Part shown: piece by piece, positions 1 to 12,700 of the stretch
Position numbering within the stretch: position 1 is the first letter of the stretch
Layout: each line of letters opens with the position of its first letter
Origin: Tricharina praecox
Taxonomy: Eukaryota
NCBI RefSeq assembly: GCF_024521635.1
Contig: NW_026250412.1
Coordinates: forward strand, 620,001-684,000
Direction of reading: 5' to 3'
Length of the DNA: 64,000 nt
Position numbers and translations under genes: made by a program
Notes under the pieces: model-generated
The model's database searches: none
Seen by the model: only the letters and a program-made list of their open reading frames with translations
Told to the model about the DNA's origin: nothing

Positions 1-851
1 CTCACAACATGTTCCTTCCCCCTCGGCACCCTCCTCCCCTCCGGCAGCTCCTTCAGCAACTTCCCATCCTTCCAGAGCAGCTCGCCCTTCCGATCCTCAA
101 CCCTGCTAACAAACTCCATGCTCAACCTACCCGCTTCATCCCCCTCCGTCAGGAGCACGCCATTGGCGCTCCTCCAAAACTTCAGCCCGCCCCTATCCCT
201 CGCCGCCCGCGCGTCGATGTGGAAGACGACTTCTGCGTCTTTACGCATGCCGGAGACTGCACTGCCAGATTCTAGGGAGGTGAGCGAGGAGGGCGTGGTA
301 AGGTGCACATGCGTCCTCCGTTGCCGTGCCAGCCCGCCGCTGGAAAGTATCGCGGGCAGGAAGGCGTAGAAGCTGCCGTGGACCAGCGTCTCCGGCAGGT
401 CCGCGCCCAGCAGGGGAGTGAGCGAGAGCGCCTCGCTGCTCAAGGGTAAAGAGTGCCCTTGGTTCGCGCGGATAAACCATCCCTCCCCTTCCTCCTCCTT
501 TGCGCCCCCCTCCCCCGCGCCCCCCGAGCCCCCTGAAGAAGTAGGTTCGTGAAGTAAAGCGTACCGCTGTTTATCGTTCCCCTCCACCACCTGTTGCAGC
601 AGTGGGAATGTCAGGTCCAGCTTGCGGAACTTGGACAGCGCGAGGAGCGACGGGACCGAGGCGTAGCCGTCCGCGCGTAATGGCAGGCCTTCCCGTGCCG
701 CCCCGTGACGGAGCGTGTAGCTTAGTGCTTTGGAGAGAAGGACGTCGGCGGACTGGGTGGTGGGGCCGCGGGGACGGCGGGTGCGGGTGGCGCGCGGTTT
801 GGGGTTGGGATGGGAGGGGAGGTCGTCGGGGGCGGTGGGCGGGGTGGACAT
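1..851 (-). CDS. TPT1: tRNA 2'-phosphotransferase (Tpt1/KptA family), 3' end runs off the window
   Basis: Not in the ORF track because it has no stop in the window. Manual minus-strand translation from ATG 851 gives MSTPP...LSKALSYTLRHGA...DGYA...NDKQRY...WFIRANQGHS...LVHGS...RTHVH...SGMR...FWRSANGVLLTEG, the diagnostic Tpt1 motifs. Confidence 0.93.
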   Translation of the reverse strand, partial: MSTPPTAPDDLPSHPNPKPRATRTRRPRGPTTQSADVLLSKALSYTLRHGAAREGLPLRADGYASVPSLLALSKFRKLDLTFPLLQQVVEGNDKQRYALLHEPTSSGGSGGAGEGGAKEEEGEGWFIRANQGHSLPLSSEALSLTPLLGADLPETLVHGSFYAFLPAILSSGGLARQRRTHVHLTTPSSLTSLESGSAVSGMRKDAEVVFHIDARAARDRGGLKFWRSANGVLLTEGDEAGRLSMEFVSRVEDRKGELLWKDGKLLKELPEGRRVPRGKEHVV

Positions 852-867
852 TGTGTGGGTGGGTGGA

Positions 868-903
868 GGGTGGTGGTGGTGGTGGTGGTGGTGGTGGTGG
901 TGG
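868..903. repeat. (GGT)n microsatellite just upstream of the TPT1 start (CCA repeats on the transcribed strand)
   Basis: About 11 perfect GGT units visible directly. Confidence 0.9.
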
Positions 904-1320
904 GGTTGGGGTGTGTGGAGTTTGTGCGTGCGGAAGTGGAAGTGGTGGGTGAGGGGTTGGTGAGTGTAGATTTGCGAGCGAAGTGTGAATTGGAGTGTTT
1001 GGAGGTTATGGCGTGGTAGCGGTGGCATGAACTTTGAGTCAAGTCAAGGAAGCTCAGGTATGGCGGGCTGGTGGGGCAACGAGGCGGGGTGCGGCTCACT
1101 AGGCACCAGGCAAAAGAAAGAGTCAAGACTCATTGTGTCATCACCTCACCTCATCGCATCTGATCTCACCCGCTCCGCTTTCGACACATTAAATCTTCGT
1201 CAACCTTAATAGGCATAATGATTAATCTACGGTATGCAATATGATACAACCATCCATCCATCCGTCATCCATCCATCCTTTTCTGCCCCCTCCCCTCCCC
1301 CCAACGACGACACCTCCCAC

Positions 1321-2747
1321 CTAATAAATCCCCGGCACAATCCTCCACGGCACGACCTTCGTGTAGCGATCCCAGTCCTTGCCGTACTTAGCTCTACACT
1401 TCGCCTCGTCCCTCCTATCACGGTGGACCAGGAGCACGGCGAAGTAGACGACATAGAAGTAAGTGACGGGGGTCTTGAATCCGGTGGGGAGACACCACGC
1501 CCAAGCCATGATCCAGTCGCCCAGGTAGTTGACATGTCTCGCGACAGCCCACCATCCGGAGACGAGGAGTCTGCTGCCGCTCTTCGTCTCGATGAACTTG
1601 AGGTGGGCGACCTTCGGGTCCTCCGGGTTCGTGCGGAACTTGTTCTTCTCGCCGTTGGAGCCACGGAAGATGTAGTAGCCTGTCGCCTGCACCGCGAGGA
1701 CGCCGAGCACGCCCCGCACCCCAAGGTCGGTCGGGTACATGGCGAGGTACCGCGCCTGCAGAGAGTACACGAACGGCAGCCACGCCAGGTCACCGAACGC
1801 GAGCATGAACCCGAACCCATCCGTCGTGATGTCCATCGTTGTCAGCACCGCGGGCTCGTTGATGAAGCTGTCGATCACGTACCACGCCTGGAACGCGTTC
1901 ACAAGGAGCATGCTGTCTGTCACGCGTCCGGCGGTCGTGTATTGGTGCGCGAGGAACGTGAAGTTCAGGATCGGCCACAGGATCATCCCTGGGCGGAGCT
2001 CCGAGAATTGCTTTAGGTCCAGCATCCCGATGCGCGGGTTGAGGGGTCGCCCGATGAACCAGTCGTACAGGGGGTTGCCGGTCGCGCCGTGGTCCGAGAG
2101 GAGCTCGCGAGTGAAGAAGCTGGCGGCGTATACGTAGGTCGCAAGGAGCGTGGCGAAGACCAGCGCGGAGCTGAGGAGGTAGAGGTAGTTGCTCCACATC
2201 CAGACCCAGAAGCTCCAGCTGAGTCCTTCCTTCACCGTCATGAAACCGAGGTAGCCGAAGATGGTGAGAGAGGTTTCGAGGACTGCGGTAAGGTGAAGTC
2301 AGTCAGCCGTGGATTCCGGGTGATGAGAATACTGTATGTGTATACCATTGAGCTTATACTTCAAACGCGTCTTGTCCTTCAGCTCGACACCCTCCTGCGT
2401 TCTCCCGGGCAGGATAAACTGCAACGCGGCCAGCCCAAAGTACCACGCGCAGTAGTAGCCAAAGATCTTTGACGAAAAGACCCCGTCAATGCCGGGCCAT
2501 TGCGCGGCGAGGGCCGCGAGGGGATCCTCGAGGAACGAACTCGACGGACACCCGTTCTCGTTGCACACAAAGTATAGGAGGTATGCGATCGCGGGTGTGC
2601 CGAAGGTCACGCCGGCGGCACCGAGACTAAGTGAGAGGTGTCAGGTCAATTCAATTCAATTGAGCGAGGCGAGATTGAGGGGAAGGGGTGCTTGGAATGG
2701 AGACTGGAGACTTACGGGCCGCCGAATTGGTATTCCGTCTCGATCAT
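1321..2747 (-). CDS. ERG24: Delta(14)-sterol reductase (ERG4/ERG24 family), 3 exons (~2747-2716, 2626-2346, 2282-1321)
   Basis: MIETEYQFGGP start; motifs GNPLYDWFIGRPLNPRIG, ELRPGMILW, TTMDITTDGFGFMLAFGDLAWLPF, LLVSGWWAVARHVNYLGD, CRAKYGKDW...VPWRIVPGIY. Two GT-AG introns restore the frame. Confidence 0.95.
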
Positions 2748-3313
2748 TGTCGAGGTTGGTGGTGGTGTTGTTGTGCTGGATAGGGGGGACTAGGTGGATT
2801 ATATACTGGTGCTCATAGGCCTCGTTACCGACGAACTCGTAGATGTCGCCGAATTAAAGATTAGATACGATGGACTGCTGTCCACGGTGAAAGGGTCGGT
2901 GAAGAAGAGTGTGTGACGCTCGCCGGAACAATCGAGTCTCCCTGATGAACTCACTCTCGGGATCCTCGCATCCGCTCCACAACTTTTATTGCCCGGTGCG
3001 GAAGCACAAGGTTGGTGCCCCTTGCATCCAAAGTAGCGGAAACGGATCCGCGTCAAGGCCAAGGATGACTGAGCGAGGCTGCACAGCCCTTGGCCTTCCT
3101 GCAGCCTGCTGGCCATCCAAGCCACACACGTGCGAAACAACTCGATTCCTCATACGTAACATCCCCAACCAGCTTCAGCCTTCAGCTCCCACCTCCAGGA
3201 CCAAACACCCGGTCAGCCGCACGACACCTACCACCAACCTCCCTCACGCACCTACTTCGCACCGCTCGTTTACCGTTTCCACCGTAACAACCACCACCTT
3301 CTTCGCCGCCGCT

Positions 3314-4773
3314 ATGCGGCTACCAACGCAATACCTCCTGCTCATCGGCCTGAGCCTTTTACCAGCGACCCTGGCCGTCTCCGAGCCTCCAGAAAAGCCG
3401 GTAGACCCGGAATGCACCGTGACGTCCCCGTTCAGCGAGAACTTCTTCGACCTGCGCAAGCTCCGGCGGCTGCCCGACATGCTGCCGCCGCAGGCGGACT
3501 GGCACGTCAAGGGCCTCGACTACGGCGCGAACTTCAGCATCAACATCTGTGGGCCCGTACTGACGGAAATATCACCCGAAGGCGCGAACGACGATGCTGT
3601 GGGCGCGTTCTACGAAAAGAACGGGACCGTGTACTCCATAGGGTATGCTCTCCACCCCACTCCACCCCTTGTCGGGCGGCGGGGAACTGACGGGTGGGGT
3701 AAATGATGTACAGGAGCGCGTCGATCTCCCCGCACTTCCGAGGCCGCAAACTAGTCCTGAGCTACGAGAACGGCTCGCCGTGTCCGGATGCGCCCAACTA
3801 CAGGAAGAGCACGCTCATGTCGCTCATGTGCGACCACGAGCAGTTCCGCAAGCCGTCGGTCAGCTTCGTCGGCCAGATGAACGACTGCGCGTACTTCTTT
3901 GAGGTGCGCACGGCGTTCGCTTGCGCGACTATCAACCAGGCGCAGGCGCTGGGGCCCGGCGCCGTGTTCGGTGCTATGTACGTCTCCTACACACTCTCTC
4001 CCCGACGGTGGCCACTAATCGAGACGGATGATGCGTGTAGTATGGGAGTGTTCGCAGTAGTATACCTAGTTGGCGGCATCGTCTACCAGCGCACAGTAAT
4101 GCATGCGCGGGGCTGGCGACAGATTCCGCACTACCATGCGTGGGCCGCGGCGTTTGGCTTCTTCTGGGTGCGTGTTTTTGTCATGCCATTGGTGTTTTTC
4201 ATGCGTCTGCTCTCGATGTTTTCTGGCGCCCCGAAGAGAAGAGGCTCGTACATGCCCTCCTCCACCTCCCAAACATCGTCGGGCTGGAAAAGGGGCGATA
4301 ATGAGTGGGCCTAGTCCACGCTGCCCGCCCCCCACCCAAAATCACCCACCGCCGCCGCCGCTTATCACTCTTATCACTCGTAATTCATATTTCTTTTTCG
4401 CAGCCGCTTGTCGTTAAGCCTTGTTCGTCTGTTTTCGTCTGTTCTTTTTTCTTTTTTTCAGCTTAGCCCACGCAGCGCACAGATCCCCCCGTACCGTTTT
4501 TGCTTTTTTATCGAAATCTTGGCATCCTCTATATCCACAAAGCTGATGGCGTCTTTCTTCTTTCATCAGGACATGGCACGAACCGTATGGAACCTAGTGC
4601 TGGAGCGCGCGCCTCTGCCGTCGTCGTTCCGCCCCTCCGCTGCCGCCCGCGGGTTCGGCGCCCGCACCGTCGGCGGTGACCCCCTCATCCGCGCGCGTGC
4701 CGCCGGTGGCTACGTCGATGAGAATCAGCTCATCGATGAGCTGGATGATGATTGGGGCGAGAGTGATTACTAG
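3314..4773 (+). CDS. MRL1: Mannose-6-phosphate receptor-like type I membrane sorting protein (Mrl1-like), 4 exons
   Basis: Signal peptide MRLPTQYLLLIGLSLLPATLA; Cys-rich MRH-like domain (FDLRKL, GLDYGANFSINICGPV, LVLSYENGSPC, RKSTLMSLMCD, CAYFFEVRTAFAC); TM segment; ARGWRQIP; acidic tail DENQLIDELDDDW. Confidence 0.88.
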
Positions 4774-5177
4774 CCTACTGGGCGAGAGTGATTACTAGGT
4801 GGGAGGGGGGAGGGGGGTTTCTTTTGTTTGGGCTTCGCGTTTGGGCTTTGGGGTGCGGATTGTTTGTTGTTTGGCGTTATGTTTTCGGGATTGAAATGCT
4901 ATCATGGCTACATATGTACCTCTCATGAAGGATGGATTGGGACGGGGATAGGGAAGTCGGGGGAGGGGATGGGGACGAGGAACGGGGAAAATACATGGAA
5001 TACTTACACCCCTTAGATAGGGAAGGAAAAAGTTCTGCTTGCTTGCTTATAGATTCGAATCGTGGATTTGTGGTATGGTGGTTTGGTGGTACTACTACCA
5101 GGTAGAAATTGGCAAAATATGTTCTGTAACCAACCAACGTCATCTTTGTCTGTGACCGAACGACCTCCAGCGCACTC

Positions 5178-5580
5178 GGGATGGGGACGGGACGTTCAGG
5201 AGACAATAGGTATTTCTGAATGAATGGGAAGGGCGGCGTGACATGTTATAGCCACTGGCAGCCGCTGTTGTAAACACAGTTCCAACGGACCAGCTGAATT
5301 AGCTGCTCACACAGCATTGAGGTCCATCCTATCCGATCTGATCCATGATTCAAGACCGAGAGTTTTATTTGTGGCCGAATGACCTCCGGCAAACTTGGGA
5401 TGATGGGGACGTTCAGGAGACGATAGGTATTTCTAGATGAATGGGGAGGGCAGGGCGGAGCGGGGCGGCGTGACATTCAATAGCCACTAGCAGCCATTGA
5501 AACAGCCGAATTGGCTGCTCACAGGGCCATTAAGCCTTGACGTCCATGATTCGAGACCGCGCGAAGTTTTAGCCGAGTGA
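5178..5580. repeat. Degenerate tandem duplication, two copies of about 200 bp (~5178-5380 and ~5397-5580)
   Basis: Shared blocks occur in the same order in both copies: gggacgttcaggagac.ataggtatttct, gggcggcgtgacat, atagccact.gcagcc, gctgctcaca, tccatgattc.agaccg. Confidence 0.8.
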
Positions 5581-7696
5581 TTCATTGTGAAGATCACGCA
5601 CTCGACTAGGAACTCTGCCGTGTGACGAATAATGGCTGAGCACTCATCATTCCTGGAGTATGTAGGTATGGGGTTCTCGTGGTTTAAACTTTAACCGAGA
5701 CATCTGGACACGGCTTTGTACCGGTGTGCGTACCGGTATGTGTACTAGTGTTCGCCCGGCTGACTACCGACGCTAAAGCCGAAGCCTGGGAATTGATATC
5801 CTCGATTACTTTGGTACCTGCTCCTCCAGGCTCTTGAGGAACACTATCCTTATCTCACCACCACCATATACAATGATGGGAACACCTACGGAAGAGATTC
5901 GAACGAGCACCTTCAGACATAATTGTGTGGTGAGGTATGCTTGAGGCGGCGGCGATGGCGCGTTGCGTGGAAGCTGTTACTCGCTTCCGGGAGGGTTTGT
6001 CGTACCTTATCTCCATGTGTGCTGCAGTCCGTGCTGTGGAACGGTTTGAACTTTGTGGCATGAATGAATGAATTGTATGAGGTATCATGTATCCCGCTCC
6101 GGCACGTTGACTGTTCCACCGGAACGTTCTACCAGTCTACCGGCACGACGTGACGATAACGGCACGATGATAACGACAGTCAGTCAGTCAGCCAGCCGGT
6201 CGGTCTGAAGTCTGAAGTCAGTCAGTGAATCACCCTCGCTCCCGTTGGCATATGCATGGCGCATGACTTTCACTCGGTACCGCAGCCCGTAGTCCGTGGC
6301 GGCATGTAAGGTATTGCAATTGCAGTGCTGTCTCCGTCTCCTCGCGCTATCACTTGGTCATCCAGGAACAGGAGTAAAAAAAACCAGAAATGTAGCTGAA
6401 CAGACCATCCCGGAGCACCGCAGTAACTACTAGATAGCAGGGTTAGATCGTGAATTCGCAATGTTGAAGGGTACGGCGACTTGGGCTTTTCGGGTTTCCA
6501 AGCATTTCCGGGTTTCAAAGCCTCAGCAGATGGCACATAGGGGTAGGCGAGTAGCAGTGTGCCCAGCCTAGCTTCAGCCTTCAGTTCCCGTACTGACCTA
6601 CTATGTAGTGTAGGTAGGAAATACCCAGTATGTATACGGCGACCCCGCCGGAGATTCGGTTCCCAAGCCACCAGCTGGCCCGAATCAACAGCAGGGTTAT
6701 ATATACCGGTACTCGTGAAGCAGTGGTCTACAAGCCCGCGGACTACCTACCTAGCAGGTCCTGTACCGCCATACGGTTGCACGCACTCCCCCTTCCCCCA
6801 CCGTCATAGGTAGCTAGTACATAAGTAGGTCCACCGAATGTTCCTTAAGTCATCCCAGTCTCCAGCACGTTTTGTTTTGTTTCACGGGAGCTTTGTCGAA
6901 CATATATCCTCTTAATAGCATCGCTGATGGCTGTGGTGTGATCGAAGGACCCATTCCGGGTTGGTTCTATCAGCTGGTGACGGTTTAAATCGTGCCATGG
7001 ATGGGTGGCAAAAGCGGTGGTGGTGTCGGCGTGGGCGGGCGGGGAGTACACTGGGTACGGTATCAGTCTTTCGTGATGCATCATGCTATCACGCTATCAC
7101 GACTGGGAATTGCGGTGGTAATGGAAGCTGCTTTTAGTGTGCACACTACTTCGGGCTGGAAACAGCGTGAATGAATCCTCCGTGTGGCACGTTGCTCGTT
7201 ACTTTGTGTGCTTCCCAGGTGTACATATGTAGAATCCATGAGGAATCCCGGGACGGCGAGTGATACCAAACTATACCTGTCACCCACGGATGTGAACTGA
7301 CCCCGCCGTAGAGTAAGACCGTCAGAACTGTGATGGGCAGATTAGATGAACCGCTTGCATAGGTATGAATTCCACTAGTTGTGTGGAGGAAATTATCACG
7401 GCGGGAAGCACTCGGCCCCCCAACTCTTCAACACGTAGAACAACCGTCAACAGCCAGGAGTGATCCCATTCTTCGCACCAGGTATAGTATATACGCTCGC
7501 AACCAACCAAAATCTACACATCCACCCATTCACACCACCGTCACCTCAAAAACAAGCCACAAAAAACGCCCGTACGTAATCCATCCCAAAAGCCAAAGCC
7601 CGAGCCGAGCAAGTAAAGTAAAATAAAAAGCCCCCACTACAAGAAACGAAACCCTTTATTACACCACGAAGTGAACGACAAAGTGAAGCGAAGTGA

Positions 7697-9791
7697 CTAC
7701 CACGAGAATGCCTCCTCGATGAAATCAACATTCGCCATGCTCTGCTTGTTGCGGACGGCGCGGCGCACGTCGTCGCTGAGAGAGCCGCCGCCGCACACGG
7801 TTACCGCCATCGAGCCCATTTGCGCTTCGATCTCCATGTTCAGGAGGGTGTCGAAGTTGGCTAGTACATACATGTTAGTTTCTGCGCATAGGAAAGTAGC
7901 TGTAATGGGGGAGGGGGGAACTTACGTCTTCCGGGGAACATCTGCACGGTAGCGGAGGGGCTATGGATTTCCTTTGTGGACTTCGGTCTAGTGACGAAGA
8001 GGAGGATCTTAAGGACGTCTCTGCGCTTCTCCATAGCGAGGATCTCCGTCATCCACGGGCGAATCCACTCGAGGTGCTCTGGGGTTTGGATGACCCAGAC
8101 GAGGGTGATGCGGCGGGTTGCGACCACGCCGTTGGCGTAGCCCGCAACGAGCTCGCGCACGTACGGCACCGGGTGAGTAATTCCTACTCCGCCGGCTACG
8201 AGGACCACCGTGCCGTATGAGCCCAGCGTGTCGATCTTGCCGTATGGCCCCTCGGCGAACGCTGTCGTCGTGAAGGATTTGTCTGGTGACTCGAAGGCTT
8301 TCTTGAACAGCTTGTCGGTGAAGCCCGTGCGGCGCCGGATGATCAGCGACATGGTCTTGTCGGATTGGTAGATATCTTGGCGGTGCAGCGAGAGCTTCTC
8401 GTCGTCGAAGGCGACGCGCTGCTTGTCGTCGCTCCAGGAGATGGTGAAGGGGTGGCTGGTCCAGAGGCCAACCTTGGGCATGTAGAGGTATAGGTGCTGG
8501 CCTGGACGGAACTTCCAGGGGCGGGTCATGCGGATGGTCACGCGGACGGCATCTCCGGGGAGGGCTTCGACGTGGGCGGTCGTGATCTTCCGGCCTACGT
8601 TGACTTTGACCAGGCGGTACAGACGCAGGAAGCGGTCAATGCCCCACAAGATCATGGCGACCTTGAGGTAGTTGAGCCAGACCTGGAGAGACTCCTTGTA
8701 TGCGAGATGGTAGTAAAGACCGGCACAGGCCACGGCTGCGGCTAGAATGTGGAAGACAAGGAACGTTTCGTAGAACGCATGGCGGATGGCCGAAGGTGAG
8801 TGCAGGAGGAGGAAAGTAAATGCAACGGTCGCCTAGAACTCGGTCAGCAATGTACAATCCTCGGCATCGGCCGAAGAGAGAGATGGAAAATTCATATACC
8901 ACAAAGCCAGGCATGATGAATGCGCTAGTCGTGATGGACACCCTGACCACTTCCCATCCAACTGTCATGGCCTTTCCAACCATCCAAGCGAAAGTATGGG
9001 CCAATGCCTCAAGCACCACGATCCTTCCCAACCAGCGATGAACCAAGTTGAACGAGTCGAATGAGATTCCCAACAGTCCTATCAAAGGATTGTTTCTCCC
9101 GGCCAGCAGGAACAGCGGCACCATGTTGACGGTCGACATCACACCGGTGCGGTTCTTGAGCTCGCTCAGCATCGTCTGCGTGTCGGAATAGTCGAGCTTG
9201 TACGTGCAGAAGATGATGTTGGTGGCAACATATCCCACCAAGAAGAAAGTTTGGAACCTAGTCGGGAGGGTACCAACGTTGACGGCGGTCGAGAGCTGGA
9301 ACTCGCGGTTGTGGCGGACGCGGAGCAGCGGGGCGTAGAAGACGTTCTTCTTCAGCCACGGGATGAGCTCGCCGCCGGGCGAGGCAAAGTACCGTTGGTT
9401 CTCGGTGTTGAGCGAGACCAGCAGACGGATCTGGGCATATATGACCGAGATGCCGCGGTACAGCATCGGCAGGAACGCAAAGGCTCCCAGAGCGATGACC
9501 ATCCATTTGCTACACAGCGGGAGGAGTCAGTGAACCGTCAAACGGTCGAGGGGGTCGCACTGTCGCAGGGACACACCTGAAGTTCGAGTTCAACAACTCA
9601 GCACGAATCTCGTCCTCATCGGGAGCTCCATGGCCTCCGCTGGCCGCAGCCTTAGTACTGTTTCCGCTGCCGGCCGCAGCACTGGTGGCGTTTCCACTGG
9701 CGACTGGTGCGCTTGTAGCAGCGGCGGCAACCAGGACGTTCGCAACCCACACGGACGTAAGAACGGCTCCTACCAACAGGCGGGCTGACAT
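7697..9791 (-). CDS. Ferric/cupric reductase transmembrane component (FRE family), 4 exons
   Basis: Signal peptide; LLAGRNNPLIGLLGISFDSFNLVHRWLGR; FAD-binding HPFTIS; EGPYG; NADPH-binding VLVAGGVGIT; C-terminal VTVCGGGSLSDDVR...FIEEAFSW* after splicing. Confidence 0.93.
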
Positions 9792-12700
9792 GACTGTGTG
9801 AGTGAGTGAGGGAGTGCGAGAGTGAGTGAGTGCTGGTGAGTGGTGAGGGAGAGCGAGTGTGTTTGGTTGGCAGAACCCCGTCCGAGTTCAGGCAGTCCCA
9901 GAAAGCCCGATATATAGGTAGTGAGCGAGATGAATGTTCGGGTTCGAGATGTTACTCGGTGACTTGGGTGCGAGCCTGTTGTTTTCTTTTTCGTTTCCTT
10001 TTCTTTTTATTCTTTCGTATATGCGGGAAAGATGGAATGAATGGAATGCGGCCGGCGCTGGGATGAGTGAATGGAGTCTCGTAAAGAGGTTCTATCGGCA
10101 ATTGCACTGCAACAAACACACAAAGACGCAGCGGGCAGGCGTGCGGAATTTGGGGAGCTGGGGGGGGTGCTGGGGCGGCAGACAAGCAACCAGGAACACT
10201 CTGGGTGGGAGCACACAGCAGTTATAGTAGTTGACTCGTACCGTACTCTGCTTTCCGGGTCTCTCGTTCGTTCGACTGACCAGGCCCCAATCCTGCAAAT
10301 CTTTGTTCAGCCATCCCTGATGGCACGTTTGCTTGATGATTTTGCGTGGCTGCAGTGCGGAACCGCTTGCTGGGGGTCTATCAGCTGCTCGACCGGGAAA
10401 ACCGCAAGAACTTGTTCTTGGTTGGCGGTTGGTTGATCCACTGTTCCCTCTCCCTCTTTGCCCCCACTGCGACCAGCATGCCTGGGCCGTGGGTAGAGCA
10501 ACGCCCCAATTCCTCACCAGCCGGACCTGACGATCCTCCGTCACGGGCGAATCCCAATTCTCAGGAGGTGCTCAAACAGGCACTCCCCGGACTAGCGGTC
10601 AGGGTTTTAGCGGCAGGGGGTTTCATGCTTGCCAGGAACCATGGAGCCTTTTCATGCTTTGGTGACCGGGTCGATCGCTGTCGTCGTCGTAAGCCGCAGC
10701 CGGCTAATGATTCCTTCCCGCCTGGAACAAGAGCCCCCTCATCGCCCCTCCCCTAAAAAAACAATGCGATAGGCGACGACGGCTATGTACGGAAAAGAAA
10801 AGAAAAAACAACAAAGACCCACGAGTCGCTCATCTTCGGCGCGTAGCCGCTGCCTGCCTTGTGCGGGGCAAGAGCCTACCTGCTTCACCGAACGACCATC
10901 GTCCACCAACCGGCGACCACCCCCAAGCTAGCGATCGGGTTGGTCCCTACTCTACCTGCGTATGCATAATACATAAGCATTTCTCCTCGCTATTTCCTTC
11001 CTGAATCCTCCCACCTCCTTCGCTTGCTCGCTGGCTCATTGATGGCATTTCTCAGCTCCGCAATCAATCGCGACTCTCTTTGAAACGCCCTCCTGTCGAA
11101 TGTGTCCCCGTTGGCAGGCGTCCGCCACCCATGATTGGCCATCAACCATCAACCCATGCGCTTCCCTCGGGACTTTCAACCTCGATGCCAACTAGTACTT
11201 GGCGCTTCCGAGGGATGAACCGGACAGCCACTCTACCTTCTACTCAGCACTGGGCACCTCCGATATCTATGTATACTCTACATACATACATCGCTGACTG
11301 CGCAGCAAGGTACAGAGGTACTCACCTCCCCTCTCATTTTTTCCTCGATAGTTACGGGCGAAGGCATCTGCTCTACCGTGGGTAGAGTAGGTACTTGGAT
11401 ACTCCTTCGCTCTACATTACTCCATGCAAGACCGCACCCTCGAGCGGCGTACTATGTCAACTCCCGAATGTACAGCCAGACATACAGACAGAGCCGGGTC
11501 CGCGCAGTTCCTGATCCCCAGAATCTGGTGCCGACAGGTGGATTTGACAGACTCCCATAAATACCGACAGTCCAGCCCGTGCTCCAGAGTCCAGCTCCCC
11601 TTTTCCCCCAATACCGGCTTTCTGTGCCATCCATTGGACAATCTCGCGTCTCGGACAAAATCACATTTTTTTTTTACATACCTAGAGTATTGTACAGCAA
11701 CGGGTGGCTGAAAACACCTCCACATACTCCACCCTTTCTTCCTTCCTTCCTCTCTCCACGCGGTCCTCGGGCGAGGTGACGTGCACCCACCGTTTCGCAT
11801 CGTCCTCAGAAGAAGGGGGCGGGCGGGGGAGGGGAGAATAAAATCGCCGAGAACGAAAGGAAAGTAATCGCGAGCGCGAGATCCGGCTCTCGGCAAGCGC
11901 CTACACTTGCCCCAGCTCCGCTGAAGGGCGATAACTGCGATACGTTGGGGGTTTCCAAGTCTCAGTCCGGCGCAGGCGCGGGCGTGGGCGCGGGATGGGC
12001 GGACACCTGGAGGCTGGAAGTTGGGCCGATATCGCGAGCGAGCTCGGGCACATGGCACAACGCAAGGTACAACATGGAGTAGGTATCGTGTCTCGTGGAG
12101 CGGGAGTGTCTACGTTAAAGTGCAAATAGTTGCCACGGATTTGTGAGTGTGTGTGTGCCATATATGTACTGAATATATGTCGTAAACCGCACAGCATAGA
12201 GTAGAGTAAAATAAGTGAGTTATATAGGTATATAGATATCGATTTCCGGTGGACCGTGGACATCGGGGATCCACAAATTACAATGTCCATCAGGATTCAA
12301 AATCGCCATACCGGCACATCCACTTAGTATATCCCCAATGCACTGTCCGCTCGTAAGTTCGTATTCAAGCTTCTGTCAAAAACCAGTCCCTCGCCCCCTT
12401 CCCCCGCCAGCTAGGTATAGGGAACATACTACATAGTCGGTACTTCACCGGGGATCCGCCCATACCGGTACCGTTACTACCGTAGCCTGCTTTTACGTAC
12501 GTTACGGCATCATCCCACGGTTAGGGACCGGTGAACTGTGAACGCCTACCAACCTATGTACCAAGTAGGTATCAAGCATGTACCTCACATCAGATCAGAT
12601 CAGCCATACCACCTAGTATTTCCAGCCTATCCAGCCTATCTTGCCTCTCACCTCCTCGGCCCCACCGCCACGGTGCCAACCAATGGGCGAGGCGAACCCA

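Noticed and set aside
1234-2016. Long antisense ORFs over ERG24 (and similar ones over CLU1 and the NDUFAF5-like gene)
   Set aside because: Shadow ORFs caused by GC-rich codon bias of the sense genes.
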